From positions 33,368-97,367 of the forward strand of contig JBCJRT010000004.1 of assembly GCA_039745115.1 (NCBI GenBank): 64,000 nucleotides of DNA, in the 5' to 3' direction. A program made the translations under genes and the position numbers. Origin of the DNA: Solirubrobacteraceae bacterium (lineage in GTDB: Bacteria > Actinomycetota > Thermoleophilia > Solirubrobacterales > Solirubrobacteraceae). Each line of letters begins with the position of its first letter. Position 1 is the stretch's first letter. The notes under the pieces are model-generated. The model was not told the DNA's origin and did no database searches. It saw nothing but the letters and a program-made list of their open reading frames with translations. Shown here one piece after another: positions 42,007 to 49,963 of the stretch.

Positions 42007-42870
42007 GTGCCTGTCGCCGTTGTCACCGACTCCACCCACTACCTGCCGCGCGAACTGATCGCCGAGTACGGGATTCATCAGGTCAGCCTCTACGTAAAAG
42101 ACGGTGACTCGCTGACGCGTGAAGCAGATATGCCAAACTTCCACGCCTTCTACGAAGATCTGCGTACGCGCAGCGATCTGCCAACAACCTCGCAACCCTC
42201 GCCCGGCGACTTCATGGCCGTCTACGAGCCCCTGGTCGCTGAGGGCTACGACATCGTCTCGGTTCACATCGGCGCCGGCATCTCAGGAACCTGCGACAGC
42301 GCGAGTCAGGCGGCCGAGCAGCTCGCCGCAGCCGGGTCGCAGCGGACGATCGAAGTGATCGACTCGCGCAGCGCCGCCGGCGGGCTGGCGGCGATCGTCC
42401 TAGCAGCGGCCAGCGCGGCACGTGGCGGGCGCGATCTTGAGGCCGTAAAAGCGCGCACGCTGGAGGCCGTCGACAACGTAAGGATCTGGTTCTCGGTCGA
42501 CACGCTGGAGTACCTGCGACGGGGCGGACGGATCGGCGCAGCGCAGGCCTGGCTTGGCAGCGCACTGAAGATCAAACCGATCCTGACATTCGAAGATGAG
42601 ATCAAGCCGGTCGAGCGAGTTCGCACCAACCGCCGCGCCTTCGAGCGGATGGTCGAGCTGCTGGAGGAGCGCAAGGAAGCCGGCGCTACAGCCTGGATTG
42701 TGCAGTACATCGAAGTGCCCGAGCTGGCCGAGCAGATGGTTCAGCGAGGCCGCGAGATCTTCGGTCATGATCCGCTGCTCTGCACCGAGATCGGCCCCGT
42801 GATCGGCACCCACGCCGGGCCCGGCGTGCTCGGCGTTTCGGGGATCGCCCCGGCGCTGCTCGAGCCCTAG
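42007..42870 (+). CDS. DegV-family fatty-acid-binding protein
   Basis: 287 aa. MPVAVVTDSTHYLPRELIAEYGIHQVSLYV...TSQPSPGDF...VHIGAGISGT is the DegV pattern. Confidence 0.85.
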   Translation: MPVAVVTDSTHYLPRELIAEYGIHQVSLYVKDGDSLTREADMPNFHAFYEDLRTRSDLPTTSQPSPGDFMAVYEPLVAEGYDIVSVHIGAGISGTCDSASQAAEQLAAAGSQRTIEVIDSRSAAGGLAAIVLAAASAARGGRDLEAVKARTLEAVDNVRIWFSVDTLEYLRRGGRIGAAQAWLGSALKIKPILTFEDEIKPVERVRTNRRAFERMVELLEERKEAGATAWIVQYIEVPELAEQMVQRGREIFGHDPLLCTEIGPVIGTHAGPGVLGVSGIAPALLEP

Positions 42871-43088
42871 TAGCGGCGGCGGCCGATCAGCGCGGCGATC
42901 CCGCCGCCGATCACAAAGCCGGCAATCACTGCCCCGACCAGCACCTTCGGCCGGTGGCGATTGACCTGACTGCGCCAGTCGGCAAGCGAGACGACCTCAC
43001 GGCGCAGCTCGGTCAGCGAACCGGCAAGATCGCTCTGGCGCTGAGCGATTGAGGCGCGCAGCTGATCGGTGGTCTGCGCCGGGCTCAT
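42867..43088 (-). CDS. DUF3618-like small protein with C-terminal TM helix
   Basis: 73 aa. TTDQLRASIAQRQSDLAGSLTELRREV, then the TM helix VLVGAVIAGFVIGGGIAALI. Family recalled from memory. Confidence 0.65.
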   Translation of the reverse strand: MSPAQTTDQLRASIAQRQSDLAGSLTELRREVVSLADWRSQVNRHRPKVLVGAVIAGFVIGGGIAALIGRRRY

Positions 43089-43552
43089 TGGCGATCCTCC
43101 TGGGGCAGCACCGCTGCCTCGCGCGCCTGCTCACCCATCAGATGTGCCTGCTCGCTGATTGTCTGCTTTGTCTGACGGGCTGCAGCGAGCGCCTGATCAG
43201 GGACCGGAGCCTTTGCCTTCCTCAGCAGCTTGGCGGCGATCAAGCCGACGATTACGGCGCAGAGAATCAGCAGGAAAGCGACCAGGAAGAAGCCCCAGAA
43301 GAATGTCTGCTCTGGGAACAGCAGATACCAAGCAAGCCAGCTGGCGCCTTGAATGATCAGCAGCAGCGCGCCGGCGAGGAAGACGCCGGCTGCGATACCG
43401 ATCACGCTGCCGCGGCCAAAGACAGCGGCCTTCGTCTTCAGCTCGAGCTTCGCCAGTTCGAGCTCTTCTTGGACGAGGCCACGCATGTCGGCGGTGACGC
43501 GCTGGATCGCCTGAGCAAGAGCAGTTTCGTTGGGCCCAGGTTCGCTGCTCAT
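43085..43552 (-). CDS. Holin-X-like (Phage_holin_3_6/DUF1469-type) membrane protein
   Basis: 155 aa. LVQEELELAKLELKTK followed by two TM helices and a basic linker (AAKLLRKAKAPVP). This is the typical actinobacterial holin-X layout. Confidence 0.7.
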   Translation of the reverse strand: MSSEPGPNETALAQAIQRVTADMRGLVQEELELAKLELKTKAAVFGRGSVIGIAAGVFLAGALLLIIQGASWLAWYLLFPEQTFFWGFFLVAFLLILCAVIVGLIAAKLLRKAKAPVPDQALAAARQTKQTISEQAHLMGEQAREAAVLPQEDRQ

Positions 43553-43555
43553 TGC

Positions 43556-43807
43556 CTAGCGCCCCCTGATCCGGCCGAGCAGCTGCGCGACAACGAAGCC
43601 GCCGACAGTTGCCAAGCCGATCAGAATCTCAGGCCGCTGCTCAACGATCGAGCGCTCGCTACTAGCCGGTTCGAAGGCCGGTGGTGAATAAGGCGGCGCG
43701 CTTTGCAGCGTCGGCTCGTAGGCCGGCGCAGCGGCCTGACCGGCAGTCGGCGAAACGCCGCTGCGCGGGCCGGGGATCACCGGTGGCTGGGTCGGATCGC
43801 TGCTCAC
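43556..43807 (-). CDS. Hypothetical tail-anchored, Pro-rich small membrane protein
   Basis: 83 aa. Pro/Ala-rich N-part and a C-terminal TM helix (ILIGLATVGGFVVAQLLG). No family recognised. Confidence 0.5.
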   Translation of the reverse strand: MSSDPTQPPVIPGPRSGVSPTAGQAAAPAYEPTLQSAPPYSPPAFEPASSERSIVEQRPEILIGLATVGGFVVAQLLGRIRGR

Positions 43808-43938
43808 GCCGGCGGGTCTTCATCGAGGAAGCGCTGCCAGAGGAAGGCCGCCAAACGCAGCGCGGCAATGCTTGCGAGCGCTTCAAGCGCGGCGACGAAG
43901 CCCATCCATGCGAGCCGTTTGGCGATTTCGTTGTCCAT
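43804..43938 (-). CDS. Very small membrane protein (DUF4235-like?)
   Basis: 44 aa from ATG 43938 (MDNEIAKRLAWMGFVAALEALASIAALRLAAFLWQRFLDEDPPA). Its stop overlaps the next start by 4 nt. The ORF-track start at 43998 adds 20 Arg/Ala-rich residues. Confidence 0.4.
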   Translation of the reverse strand: MDNEIAKRLAWMGFVAALEALASIAALRLAAFLWQRFLDEDPPA

Positions 43939-44001
43939 CGGCGCGGACGTTAGCGCACCACGGGCGACAAACCGCAAGCGCCCGGCCGCGCTAGGCAACC
44001 G

Positions 44002-44616
44002 TTAGCGCGGTTCAAGCCCGTCGCAGATCGTGCTAACGATGAAGCTCTTGGCCTCGTCGTAGTCATCGCCGGCGTCGGGCAGAAGATCAAATATCCAGCC
44101 CGTTAGCACCTGCTCGACCGTGCCGTAGAAGGCCATCGCCGCGAAGGTCGGCGTTACGTCATCGCGAAACTCGCCGCTGGCCTGGGCCGAGGCGATGATC
44201 ACGGCGATCAGTTGGTAGGCCTCGCGGATCTTCTCAAGGTGGCTGCGCCCAAACGAGTTGGCGGCTCGCGTCACCTCAACGATGATCACCTTCATCAGGT
44301 CGGGGTCGTGGCGATAGGAGTCAACGATGAAGCCGGCCACGGCGGCGAGCTTGTCGCGCGCCGGTAGCTGCTGCTTGTCAACGCGCGCAATCTCCTCAAG
44401 CATCAGATCCCAGCGCTCAAGGAACAAAGTGTCGAGAATCTGATCCTTCGAACTGAAGTAGTGATAGACGAGGCCGTAGGCGACGCCTGCCTCATCAGCA
44501 ATGTCGGCGACGCGGCAGCGATGAAAGCCTTCGCGTGCAAAGACGCGGACGGCGCCGTCAAGGATCTGGCGGCGCTTGTCGGTCGCCTGCCGGGAGCCCG
44601 AGGTTGCCATCAGCAC
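44002..44616 (-). CDS. TetR/AcrR-family transcriptional regulator
   Basis: 204 aa. N-terminal HTH RQILDGAVRVFAREGFHRCRVADIADEAGVAYGLVYHYFSSKDQIL. Confidence 0.85.
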   Translation of the reverse strand: MLMATSGSRQATDKRRQILDGAVRVFAREGFHRCRVADIADEAGVAYGLVYHYFSSKDQILDTLFLERWDLMLEEIARVDKQQLPARDKLAAVAGFIVDSYRHDPDLMKVIIVEVTRAANSFGRSHLEKIREAYQLIAVIIASAQASGEFRDDVTPTFAAMAFYGTVEQVLTGWIFDLLPDAGDDYDEAKSFIVSTICDGLEPR

Positions 44617-45440
44617 TGCTCCCGGAGAGGGGTCACGTAGGCCCCCGGCCGGCGCGCTGCCAGCGAGGGCAGCTCACGGCGGATCTGATCAAGTAGCTCG
44701 AAGTCAAGGTCGGCGCTGATTGTTACCTGCGCGTCGGCTGCCTGCGCCAGAACTGCTCCCCACGGATCGATGATCATTGAGTGCCCGCCGGACTCGACCC
44801 CCGGTGCGCGTTCGCCGACTTGGTTTGCGGCGATCACGAAGCACTGGTTTTCGATCGCCCGTGCGCGCAGCAGCGTCGGCCAGTGATCGGCCGTCGTGCG
44901 TCGCGTAAAGCAGGCCGGAACGACGATTATCTTGGCGCCGGCGACGGCCAGCAGCCGGTAGAGCTCAGGGAAACGCAGGTCGTAACAGATGCTTAGGCCG
45001 ATCACCGTACCGTCGGCGGCGACGCTGCAGACCGGCTGCTCGCCAGCCACTTGGTCATCAGATTCGCGGTAGCTGACGCCTTCAACATCGACATCGAACA
45101 GATGGATCTTGCGGTAGACCGCGCGCCGCCGGCCATCCGGGCCGATGTGGACGGTCGTGTTGTGCAGCTTGCCGCCGCTTTCAACCGATTCGGCGACCGA
45201 ACCGGCGATCAGGTCGATTGCCAGCTCGGCCGCGGTCGCTGAAGCCCAGGAGATTGCATCGCCTTCGAGGTCCTGCGCGGCGGCGCGCTGCTGCTCGGGC
45301 GTGCCACCGGCCGCCCACCACTCCGGCAGCAGCACCAGGCTGGCGCCATCGCCAGCCGCTTCGCGCACGAAAGCATCGGCCTTCGCGATATTCGTCGCAA
45401 GGTCGGGCGTCGCGGTCATCTGAACGGCGGCTACATGCAA
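44610..45440 (-). CDS. Carbon-nitrogen hydrolase (nitrilase superfamily)
   Basis: 276 aa from TTG 45440 (MHVAAVQMTATPD). Glu-Lys-Cys triad blocks LLPEWW, YRKIHLFD and LSICYDLRFPE. The 482-aa ORF-track version runs antisense through the DUF2804-like gene. Confidence 0.8.
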   Translation of the reverse strand: MHVAAVQMTATPDLATNIAKADAFVREAAGDGASLVLLPEWWAAGGTPEQQRAAAQDLEGDAISWASATAAELAIDLIAGSVAESVESGGKLHNTTVHIGPDGRRRAVYRKIHLFDVDVEGVSYRESDDQVAGEQPVCSVAADGTVIGLSICYDLRFPELYRLLAVAGAKIIVVPACFTRRTTADHWPTLLRARAIENQCFVIAANQVGERAPGVESGGHSMIIDPWGAVLAQAADAQVTISADLDFELLDQIRRELPSLAARRPGAYVTPLREQC

Positions 45441-45479
45441 GCGACGGCAAGAATAGCCGCGTCCGGTAGCTTCGTCGTT
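45441..45479. promoter_or_regulatory. 39-nt divergent spacer with TANNNT boxes on both strands
   Basis: On the plus strand, TAGCTT (45467-45472) ends 7 nt before GTG 45480. On the minus strand, TATTCT (45450-45455) ends 9 nt before TTG 45440. Confidence 0.3.
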
Positions 45480-46325
45480 GTGGACCTCGACCAACTTCCG
45501 CTGCGCAGCGACGGCAGCCTCCGCCCGGAGGGGTTTGCGCTGCCGCCGGCGCGGATGGCGCTGCTGCGCGGGCGGCGCCCACTGAAGCGCTGGAGCTATG
45601 TCGGGATCTACGGCGAGCAGCTGATGCTCTGCGCGGCAACAGTCAGGATTGGTGGGATTCCGCAGGCCTTCTGGGCGGTACTCGACCGAGCCAGCGGCGA
45701 GCTCGTTGAACAGACGAAGTTCACGAGCCGCCTCGTCGCCGTCGACAACGGCCGCCTCAGCGTCCGCGGAAGAAAGGTCGCGATTGATCTGCTGCTGCAA
45801 CCGGCGGGCGAGCCGGTCGAGGTCGTCAGCCGCCACGGCGACTCGTACATCTGGACGCGCAAGCTGCCGGTTATCGCGGTTGGCACAGTTAACGCTGGCG
45901 GCCGCGAGCAACGGATCGAGTGCGCCGGGCTGATCGACGAGACGGCCGGGTACCACGCGCGCGAAACCTCGTGGAGCTGGTCGGCTGGCGTCGGCCGCGA
46001 TCAGGCTGGCAGAGCTCTGACCTGGAACATCGTCACCGGTGTCCATGACGCCGCCCATGGCAGCGAGCGAACAATCTGGCTTGACGGGGTTGCCAGCGAG
46101 TTACCGCCAGCCCAGATTCCAGCCGACCTTGACAGCGTCAGCTTCCCCGGCCAAGCCGAATCGCTGGCCTTCAGTGCCGAGGCCGAACGCGCCAACCGTG
46201 ACGACTTGAAGATCATCCTCAGCGATTACCGCCAGCCCTTCGGCTGCTTCACCGGCACACTGCCGGGCGGCATAACGCTAAGCGAGGGCTTCGGCGTTAT
46301 CGAACGTCACGACGCCCGTTGGTAA
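45480..46325 (+). CDS. DUF2804-like protein
   Basis: The protein (KRWSYVGIYGEQLML...ETSWSWSAGVG...GFGVIERHDARW) recalls DUF2804, from memory. I chose the GTG at 45480 because of the -10-like box. The ATG at 45435 is the longer alternative. Confidence 0.55.
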   Translation: MDLDQLPLRSDGSLRPEGFALPPARMALLRGRRPLKRWSYVGIYGEQLMLCAATVRIGGIPQAFWAVLDRASGELVEQTKFTSRLVAVDNGRLSVRGRKVAIDLLLQPAGEPVEVVSRHGDSYIWTRKLPVIAVGTVNAGGREQRIECAGLIDETAGYHARETSWSWSAGVGRDQAGRALTWNIVTGVHDAAHGSERTIWLDGVASELPPAQIPADLDSVSFPGQAESLAFSAEAERANRDDLKIILSDYRQPFGCFTGTLPGGITLSEGFGVIERHDARW

Positions 46326-46331
46326 CTGCGC

Positions 46332-47561
46332 TCAGCTGAGGAATGAACCACCCCCGTCAGCCTCAAGACCGCCGATCGCGCCGCTCGCTTCAAGCGCAGT
46401 GATCTGTGCTTCGTCGTAGCCAGCCTCGGCAAGCAGCTCAGCCGTGTGCTCGCCCAGCGACGGCGCCGGCAGGCGGTCGGTATCGACCGGCGTGCGCGAA
46501 AAGGCCAGCGGGCTGCCGACAGCGCGGACCGGCTTGCTGGCACCCGGCTGCGTCAGCCCGACGACCATGCCGCGCGCTTTCGCGAGCTCCGATTCCAACG
46601 CCTCCTCAATCTCTAGCAGCGGCTCGACGCAGCAGTCGTACTGCGCGCCGAACTGGCCCCACTGCTCGCGCGTTCGCTGCGCGAAGACCGCTTCGACCTT
46701 CCTGTGCGCCTCAGTGCCTGGCTGCTCGAACTGCTGGTCGAGCAGCTCCTCGTGACCGGTCCCCTCACACCACAGCTTCCAAAACTTTGGCTCCAACGCA
46801 CCGAATGAGACCCAGCCGTCGGCGCAGCGGTACGGGCGGTAGCAGATCAATCCGCCGGCCAGCGGCCCCTCGCCGCGGCGCGGCGGCTTGCCCCCGGCCA
46901 GCAACTCAGCTGCCGGCACGATCGCCCAAGCGAAGGCGCCGTCGGTCATCGAAATGTCGATCATCTGCCCCTCGCCGGAGCGATCCCGCTCGCGCAGCGC
47001 GGCAAGAATCGCGAAGGCCGCCATCAGCGAGCCGGCACCGATGTCAGCGATCTGCGTTGCCGACTGCACCGGCGGGCCGTCGACGTCGCCGGTCAGCCCA
47101 AGCAAGCCTGCAGTTGCGAGGTAGTTGATGTCGTGGCCGGCGCGATCAACGAGCGGCCCGTCCTGCCCGTAGCCGCTGATCGCGCAGTAGACGATTCCCT
47201 TGTTCTCAGCCTTCAAAGCCTCGTAGCCGACGCCTAGCCGGTCGAGCACGCCAGGGCGAAAGCTTTCCAGCACAACGTCGGCGTCGCGCGCCAGGCGCAG
47301 CAGCAGCTCGCGCCCCTCGTCGCTCTTCAGGTTGATCCGAATCGAGCGCTTGTTGCGGTTCAGCGCTAGGAAGAGCGCGCCGCCGGCCGACTTTTCAACA
47401 CCTTCGTGGAACGGGCCGGCCCAGCGCGCGTAATCACCGACCCCGGTGTCCTCAACCTTGATCACGTCGGCTCCGCAGTCAGCCAGCAGCAGCGAGCAGA
47501 ACGGGCCCGGCAGCAAGCGCGAAAAGTCAAGTACGCGGAGCCCTTCGAGCGGCAGCGCCAT
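46332..47561 (-). CDS. Family III CoA-transferase (CaiB/BaiF/racemase-like)
   Basis: 409 aa. LEGLRVLDFSRLLPGPFCSLLLADCGADVIKVE and AGHDINYLA. Confidence 0.85.
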   Translation of the reverse strand: MALPLEGLRVLDFSRLLPGPFCSLLLADCGADVIKVEDTGVGDYARWAGPFHEGVEKSAGGALFLALNRNKRSIRINLKSDEGRELLLRLARDADVVLESFRPGVLDRLGVGYEALKAENKGIVYCAISGYGQDGPLVDRAGHDINYLATAGLLGLTGDVDGPPVQSATQIADIGAGSLMAAFAILAALRERDRSGEGQMIDISMTDGAFAWAIVPAAELLAGGKPPRRGEGPLAGGLICYRPYRCADGWVSFGALEPKFWKLWCEGTGHEELLDQQFEQPGTEAHRKVEAVFAQRTREQWGQFGAQYDCCVEPLLEIEEALESELAKARGMVVGLTQPGASKPVRAVGSPLAFSRTPVDTDRLPAPSLGEHTAELLAEAGYDEAQITALEASGAIGGLEADGGGSFLS

Positions 47562-47570
47562 ACCCCGGCC

Positions 47571-48440
47571 TCAGGCTCCCGGCGTGGGCAGGCCGAGCAG
47601 GCCGCGGGCCTCGGCGATCGTTGCCGGTCGGCGGCCGGCGGCCTCAGTCATCTGGCGCGCGACGGCAACCAGATCACCATTCGACGACGCCATCTCGCCG
47701 CTCGGCAGGTAAAGGTTGTCTTCAAGGCCGACGCGGATCGAGCCGCCAAGATCGAGCGCCGCCTCGATCAGCATCCACTGAGCGCGTGAGATACCGACGA
47801 CGCCCCAGTGGCTCTGATCGGGCATGTTGTCGACCATCGCTGCCATGTTCGACTTGCTGGCCGGAATCCCGCCGAGCACGCCCATCACAAAGTCAATGTG
47901 CAGCGGCGCCTTCAGCAGCCCCATGTCGACCAGCGGGTGGAGGCTGCCGACGTGGCCGATGTCAAAGCACTCGTGCTCCGGCTTGATGGCATTTGCGTTG
48001 AGCGCCGTCAACAGCTCGATGATCTCGTCAAACGAGTTCTCAAAGACCGTCTTGAAGACAAATTCCTTCCGCGACTTCGAATACTTCGCGTAGTTCATCG
48101 ACCCCATGTTCAGCGCCGCGACCTCCGGCCTCAGCGCCTCCAGATAGGCGACGCGCTTCTCGATCGACACACCGACCGTGCCGGTCGAATAGTTGATGAT
48201 CACGTCGTCGACGGCGCCGCGAATCGCCTCCGTTATCGCGGCAAAATCCTCGATCTCGTATGACGGCACACCGTCAACTGTGCGGGCATGGATGTGGATC
48301 ATCACGCCACCCTCGTCGACGATCCTGCGCGCCTCTGCGCCATACTCGGCCGGCGTGTAGGGGATCGCCGGACACTGCTCCCGGTTGGCAATCGAGCCGG
48401 AGATCGCGCAGGTAATTACAACTGGGTCATCTTTTGACAT
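47571..48440 (-). CDS. Beta-keto acid cleavage enzyme (BKACE/DUF849, 3-keto-5-aminohexanoate cleavage family)
   Basis: 289 aa from ATG 48440 (MSKDDPVVITCAISGSIANREQCPAIPYTPAEY...IHIHAR...VGLEDNLYL). Confidence 0.8.
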   Translation of the reverse strand: MSKDDPVVITCAISGSIANREQCPAIPYTPAEYGAEARRIVDEGGVMIHIHARTVDGVPSYEIEDFAAITEAIRGAVDDVIINYSTGTVGVSIEKRVAYLEALRPEVAALNMGSMNYAKYSKSRKEFVFKTVFENSFDEIIELLTALNANAIKPEHECFDIGHVGSLHPLVDMGLLKAPLHIDFVMGVLGGIPASKSNMAAMVDNMPDQSHWGVVGISRAQWMLIEAALDLGGSIRVGLEDNLYLPSGEMASSNGDLVAVARQMTEAAGRRPATIAEARGLLGLPTPGA

Positions 48441-48447
48441 ATCGCCC

Positions 48448-49959
48448 TTAGGACTGGACTCGGAATCCGTAATCGACACCTTGAGCGCGCTGCGGCCAGC
48501 GCTCCGTGACGACCTTGCCACGCGTGTAAAAGAGAACGCCTTCACGGCCGTAGACGTGCAGGTCGCCAAACAGCGAATCCTTCCAGCCGCCAAATGAAAA
48601 GTAGGCCATCGGCACCGGGATCGTCACGTTGATACCAACCATTCCGGCCTGCACACGGGTGCGGAACTCGCGCGCCGCGCCGCCGTCAGCGGTGAAGATC
48701 GCGGCGCCGTTGCCGTAAGGATTGGCGTTGATCAGTTCAAGGCCGGCGTCAAACGATTCGGCGCGCAACATCACCAGCAGCGGGCCGAAGACCTCATCGC
48801 GGTAGCAGCTCATCTGCGTCGTGACGCGGTCAACGACGCTCGCTCCGATGAAAAAGCCCTGCTCGTGACCTTCAACAACCAACTCGCGGCCGTCGACCAA
48901 CAGCTCGGCCCCTTCGCCGGCGGCAGCCTCAACGTATGAAGCGACGCGTTCGCGCGCCTGAGCTGTGATTACCGGCCCCATCTCGGTCCCCTCAGTGATG
49001 CCGGCGCCGACCGTCAGCGCGCGGGCGCGCTCGGCGATCGCGGCGGCCAGCGCGTCGCCTGTCTGCTCGCCAACGCTGACTACGGCCGAGATCGCCATGC
49101 AGCGCTGCCCGGCGCTGCCAAAGGCGGCTGAGGCGATCGCGTCGGCGGCGACATCAATGTCGGCGTCAGGCAGCACGAGAGCGTGGTTCTTGGCGCCGCC
49201 GAGCGCCTGAACGCGCTTGCCGTGAGCCGTTGCCGTCTCGTAGACGTGGCGGGCGATCGGTGTTGAACCGACGAATGAGATTGCGTCAACCTCAGGGTGA
49301 ACTAGCAGCGCGTTGACGGCGTCCTTGTCGCCCTGAACGACGCTGAAGACGCCGCCTGGGAGGCCGGCCTCGGCTAGCAGCTCAGCGATCATTAGTGACG
49401 CAGACGGATCGCGGTCGCTCGGCTTGAGGATGAACGAGTTGCCGCATGCCAGTGCGATCGGGAACATCCACATCGGCACCATCGTCGGGAAGTTGAACGG
49501 CGTGATCCCGGCGACAACGCCAAGCGGCTGGCGGTAGCTGGCGGAATCAACGCGGGTTGAGATCTGCTCGCTCGCCTCACCCTTCATCAGGTGGGCGATG
49601 CCACAGGCAAACTCGACTACTTCAAGGCCGCGCTGAACTTCGCCGCGGGCGTCGTCGAGCGTCTTGCCGTGCTCGGCTGTAACAAGCGCCGCCAACTGGC
49701 CGGCGCGGGAGAACAGCAACTCACGGAAGGCAAACATCACGGCGTGGCGCTTAGCCAGTGAGGCGCCGCCCCAGGCCGGGAATGCGGCTCGCGCCGCCGC
49801 TACGGCGCGATCAACGTCGGCGCTGTCGGCAAGCGCAACGCGCCGCGCGATCTCACCGGTCGCCGGGTTGTAGACATCGCCAAAGCGCTGCGACGCGCCG
49901 GCGTCGGGAGCGCCATCGATCCAATGGCCAACGACTGCGGGTTGATCGGCAGCTGCCAT
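48448..49959 (-). CDS. mmsA: CoA-acylating methylmalonate/malonate-semialdehyde dehydrogenase
   Basis: 503 aa from ATG 49959. ITPFNFPTMVPMWMFPIALACGNSFILKPS, GGAKNH and GSAGQRCMA are MmsA hallmarks. Confidence 0.85.
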   Translation of the reverse strand: MAAADQPAVVGHWIDGAPDAGASQRFGDVYNPATGEIARRVALADSADVDRAVAAARAAFPAWGGASLAKRHAVMFAFRELLFSRAGQLAALVTAEHGKTLDDARGEVQRGLEVVEFACGIAHLMKGEASEQISTRVDSASYRQPLGVVAGITPFNFPTMVPMWMFPIALACGNSFILKPSDRDPSASLMIAELLAEAGLPGGVFSVVQGDKDAVNALLVHPEVDAISFVGSTPIARHVYETATAHGKRVQALGGAKNHALVLPDADIDVAADAIASAAFGSAGQRCMAISAVVSVGEQTGDALAAAIAERARALTVGAGITEGTEMGPVITAQARERVASYVEAAAGEGAELLVDGRELVVEGHEQGFFIGASVVDRVTTQMSCYRDEVFGPLLVMLRAESFDAGLELINANPYGNGAAIFTADGGAAREFRTRVQAGMVGINVTIPVPMAYFSFGGWKDSLFGDLHVYGREGVLFYTRGKVVTERWPQRAQGVDYGFRVQS

Positions 49960-49963
49960 CCGA

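Noticed and set aside
43085-43552. The holin-family gene as evidence of a prophage or lysis cassette.
   Set aside because: No endolysin, capsid, tail, integrase or att-like repeats are nearby. The gene sits in the typical actinobacterial DUF3618/holin-X chromosomal context.
45441-46058. The 482-aa reading of the nitrilase-family ORF, and similarly the 188-aa reading at 41701-42267, the 205-aa reading at 40674-41291 and the 340-aa reading at 47571-48593.
   Set aside because: The N-terminal extensions are low-complexity or Arg-rich. They run antisense through, or overlap, better-supported neighbouring genes, and the conserved domain cores begin at internal start codons.
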